A stretch of 64,000 nucleotides of DNA, from contig NC_042997.1 in assembly GCF_006345805.1 (NCBI RefSeq), positions 205,902,001-205,966,000 on the forward strand, read 5' to 3'. Every line of letters starts with the position of its first letter. The stretch's first letter is position 1. The notes below the pieces were generated by a model that saw nothing but the letters and a program-made list of their open reading frames with translations, was not told the DNA's origin and searched no databases. This stretch comes from Octopus sinensis. Its lineage: Eukaryota. Position numbers and translations under genes: made by a program. This document shows, one piece after another, positions 60,274 to 64,000 of the stretch.

Positions 60274-62035
60274 TCATCGTCATCATCATTTAACGTCTGT
60301 TGTCCATGCTGGCATGGGTGGACGATTTGACAGGAGGTGACACGCTGGAAGGTTGCGCCAGGATCCAGTCTGATTTGGTATGGTTCTCTATGGCTGGATG
60401 CCCTTCCTAATGCCAACCACTCCAAGAGTGTAATGGGTATTTTTACGTGCCGCTGGCACAGGTGACATTTGCGTGACACCAGTATCTGCCATGACTGCGA
60501 TTATTCTCCGCTTGATGGGTCTTCTTCTCAAGAATGACGTAATGCCAAAGGTCTTGGTCATTGCCTCCATGTGACCCAACTATGGAACTCAGCCACCTTG
60601 CCTCTATGTCGCCCAACATTCAAGGTTGATTTTCTTATGTGCCACCAGGATGGGTGCGCTTGGCTTGATGGGTCCTCTTAAGCAAAGCACATCACCAAAG
60701 GTCGCGGTCACTAGTCCTTGCCTCTGTGAGTTTCAAGGTTCGAAGATCATGCTTCACCACCTTGTCCCATGTCTTCCTGGATCTACCTCTACCACAGGTT
60801 CCCTACACAGTTAAAGATCGGCACTTCTTTACACAGCTGTCCCTGTCCATAGGCATCACATGACCATACCAGTGCAGTCTTCTCTCTTGCACAATACATC
60901 TGGTTCCTCTTATGCCTAACTTTTCTCTCAAGATGCTTACACTGTCAAACACTGACATTGCACATCCAGTGAAGCATACTGGCTTCATTTCTCTCAAGCC
61001 TACACATGTCCTCAGCTGTTATAGCCCATGTTTCACTGCCATGCTGCATCGATATTCACACACAGGCATCAAACAATCTGCCTTTCACTCTGAGAGAGAA
61101 GCCCTTTGTTGCCAGCAGGGGTTGCAGCTCTCTGAACTTTGCCCAAACTAATCTTATTCTCACAGCAATGCTCTTGGAACAACCATCTCCACTACTGACC
61201 TGGTTGCCTAGATACCAGAAGCTATCTACTACCTCTTTCTGTTGACTACCTGGCAGTCGATGAAGTCTATTTTCCACACATATTCAGCATTTATTACGCC
61301 TGTAAAACTCCTACATACAAAGGATAGTTTCTCTGTTAACATTCCTTTGATGTTGCTGCACCTTTTGTGTATCCAAAGCTTGCACTGGGTGCATCTTGTG
61401 AAGTTTCTACCTACACCTTTTCTACAGACTGAGCACGGCCATCTACCTGAAGGGATTTGTGATTTGTCTGCCTTTCACTCTTACTATGACTTTGTTTTTG
61501 CTAGGTTAACTCTAAGGCTCTTTGATTCTAGACCTTGCTTCCATACCGGGAACTTCCTCTCTAGTGCAGGTAGTGATTCAGTTATAACAGCAAGGTCATC
61601 AGCATAGAGGAGCTCCCAGGGGCATCCTGTCTTGAATTCCTTTGTTATTGCCTGGAGAACTATGATGAACAAGAGAGGGATGAGCACCGATCCTTGGTGA
61701 ACCCCTACTTGCATCCTGAATTCTTCACTGTACTCGTTGCCCAACCTCACCTTACTGGTAGCATCCCTGTACAAGGCTCGTACAGCTCTCACCAACCACT
61801 CGTCTATTCCTAGTTGCTGTGTTGACCACCAGATAAGGGATTGGGCGCTCTGTCAAAAACTTTCTCCAAGTCAACAAAAGCCAAGGTTTATCTTTGATAG
61901 GAATTTCTCCTGCAGCTGTCTTACCAGAAATATAGCATCAGTGGTGCTTCTCCCTGGCACAAATCCAAACTGCATCTCATCTAGATTCTCTCCCAGATTA
62001 ATTAGGCTAGGACTCTCTCTGCAATTTTCATCACC
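60274..62035 (-). mobile_element. RTE-clade LINE, RT through 3' UTR and (GAT)n tail
   Basis: GVHQGSVLIPLLF, WELLYADDLAVI, VDSFWYLG, RRLHWYGHV. 3' UTR ends ccacccatgccagcatggacaacagacgttaaatgatgatga. Confidence 0.9.
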
Positions 62036-62619
62036 TGATCCACGAGAGGTTTCAGTTTCTGTCTACCAGATCCACTCACAGGGCTTTGGTCAGTCCAAGG
62101 TTATAGTATCATAATTACTATCAAATAGGAATGAAATCCAAAAAAGTCCAATTTCAAATGAAAGCATACACTTGCTATAATGTTCATTGATTCCATAGAA
62201 AATAATATGTATGGAGAGTGTCAATCTTGAGTATTCAAGTACTCCTGTTTGATTATTTCTGTCTAACCTTATTTTCTGGGAAAGTTAGTTTGGTGCAGAA
62301 CCTGTATGGGTTAATTATGTACAGTAGTGACCATGCTGAATCACTACCTGCATAACCTGTTTTCAATAACATCTTTCTTGAAATTTTGGTCGAAAGCCTT
62401 TTCTACTTACTTGTATAGTTTTCCTTGTAAGAAACCCATAATGAGGTTAGCATATGAGGGTGCAAATTTCGTCCCCATTAAGAATATAAATGATGAGTCA
62501 GCATTTAGAAATAAATCTTACTTCACCCCTTACATGTAGGGGGTGTGACAAACATTTATATACATATATAGACGCAAATTTCCAAATTCACTCTCAGAGC
62601 CTGTAAATGCAAACAGAAT

Positions 62620-62780
62620 ATTTGCTAAGAAGCAAAGAAAGCTTCACTAACACTAACTGAAGAATGCCAATTGACTCATCCTCAAAGATGCCAATAAGGA
62701 TGGGGTGATAGTGATTATAGAGAGGGATGATTACAAAGACAAAATATTGGAATATCTAACCAACCAAAAACTACTATAAG
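62620..62780 (+). mobile_element. Penelope-like RT N-terminal fragment
   Basis: LILKDANKDGVIVIIERDDYKDKILEYL resembles the Penelope I.PADKG..VV.M.R.DY..K motif. Confidence 0.6.
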
Positions 62781-62899
62781 AAAGACAGAACATTAATTGA
62801 CCAATACCCAGACTTCTTCACAGGTAAGGAAATAAAATACTTATGTAAATCAGAAATTTAAGACTGTAATTTTTACAGATTACTCAAGATCCACAGAAA

Positions 62900-64000
62900 C
62901 TTTTGTTTGAAATCTCAATTTTGTAAGAATTTTCATTTTTGTGAGGAGCTCCATTCTTGTTAGAATTTTCATATTTGAAAGAATTATCATTTTTGTTGCA
63001 AGTCCCATTTAGTGAGGAGTTCCATTTTTGTAAGGAGTCCCCGTCTTGTTAGATGTCTCAGTTTTGTGAAAAATTCCACTGTTGTTAAAAGTCTCATTGT
63101 CGTGAAAATTACCATAGAAATCACATAGTTTAAAAAAAACCCTTACCTGTGAGAAGTCCCATTCTTGTGAGAAGTACCGTTGTTGTTAGACGTCCCAGTT
63201 TTGTGAGATGTCCCATTCTTGTTTAGAAGTCTCCTTTTTGTCAGAAGTCTGAATTTTGTGAGAAGCCTCATTTTTTGAAAAGCCCCATTTTTATGAGAAG
63301 TCCTGTTCTTGTTAGGTAACCCATCTTTGTAAGAATTCCCATTTTTGTTAGTAGTCCCATTTTTTTGAAAAGCCCCATGATCCTTACAAGTCCTTTGATC
63401 TTGAGAAATTCAATTCCTGTTAGAATTCTCATAGTTGTGTGAAGTCCCATTCCTGTTAATAGATCTATTCTTGTGAGAAGTATTGCTCTTCTTAAGAGTC
63501 CCATTTTTGGACAAGTACCATTCTTGTTAGAACCCCTATTACAATGAAAAGCCCTGTTTTTATTAGAAGTGCAATTATTGTGAGAAGTCTCAATTTTATT
63601 AGAAATTCCATTGTTGTTATATCTCCCGTTTTCACTTCTTAGAAGTACCATTTTTTTGAGAGTTTCCATTCTTGTTAAAAGTCACATCCTTGTTAGAAGT
63701 TCCATTTTTGTGAGAAGTCCCATTTGATTTTCGTGAAAATACCCATGCTTCTTACAAGGCCTGTTATTGTGAGAAATTCAATTCCTGTTAGAAGTCTCAT
63801 TCTTGTTAGGAGTCCCATTTTTGTGAGAAGTCTCATTATTCTTAATAAACCTATTCTTGTGAGAAGTACTGTTCTTCTTGGGAGTCCCATTTTTGTGACA
63901 AGTTCATTGTTGTTAGAATTTCCATACTTGTAAGGAGCCCCATTCTTGTTAGATGTCTTATTATTAACAGAAGTTACATTCTTGCTAGAAGTTCCATTCT
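62900..64000. repeat. Degenerate 18-bp minisatellite (gaagtcccattcttgtga-like), runs off the window end
   Basis: Units of mostly 18 bp. A longer block at ~63370-63530 recurs at ~63735-63910. Confidence 0.85.

Noticed and set aside
62760-62830. CAG|GTAAGG donor at ~62823 as the next PARP14-like exon
   Set aside because: Upstream sequence is a Penelope-like RT fragment with stops, and it does not continue the macrodomain (no IF/IY after STG).

Overview
AT-rich, microsatellite- and transposon-dense animal genomic DNA. The SINE, RTE and microsatellite content looks like a coleoid cephalopod, most likely Octopus (inference). The window holds the 5' part of one + strand spliced gene, a PARP14-like macro-PARP (RRM-like domains, KH-like array, first macrodomain). 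Its coding exons are 11842-11854, 28889-29062, 34152-34385, 52533-53950 and 59743-59991; the gene continues past the window end. The large fourth coding exon needs at least 3 frameshifts, so this is either a decaying copy or an assembly error. The presumed promoter (about 0.8-1.2 kb) has four STAT/GAS palindromes produced by an 84-bp duplication, flanked by IRF-E/ISRE-like motifs. The introns contain a very young 2,093-bp gag-only Mag/Gypsy LTR element (LTRs 235/236 identical, 5-bp TSD, tRNA-Leu PBS, PPT) inserted into an RTE LINE, and a ~43-copy 115-bp satellite built from a SINE 3' fragment plus an apparent target-site duplication. They also hold decayed Tx1/L1-like, RTE, R4/Dong, CR1, Penelope, Gypsy, Helitron, hAT and piggyBac-like pieces and many SINEs. 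All family calls come from motif recognition by eye; no database search was run, and boundaries of decayed elements are approximate.
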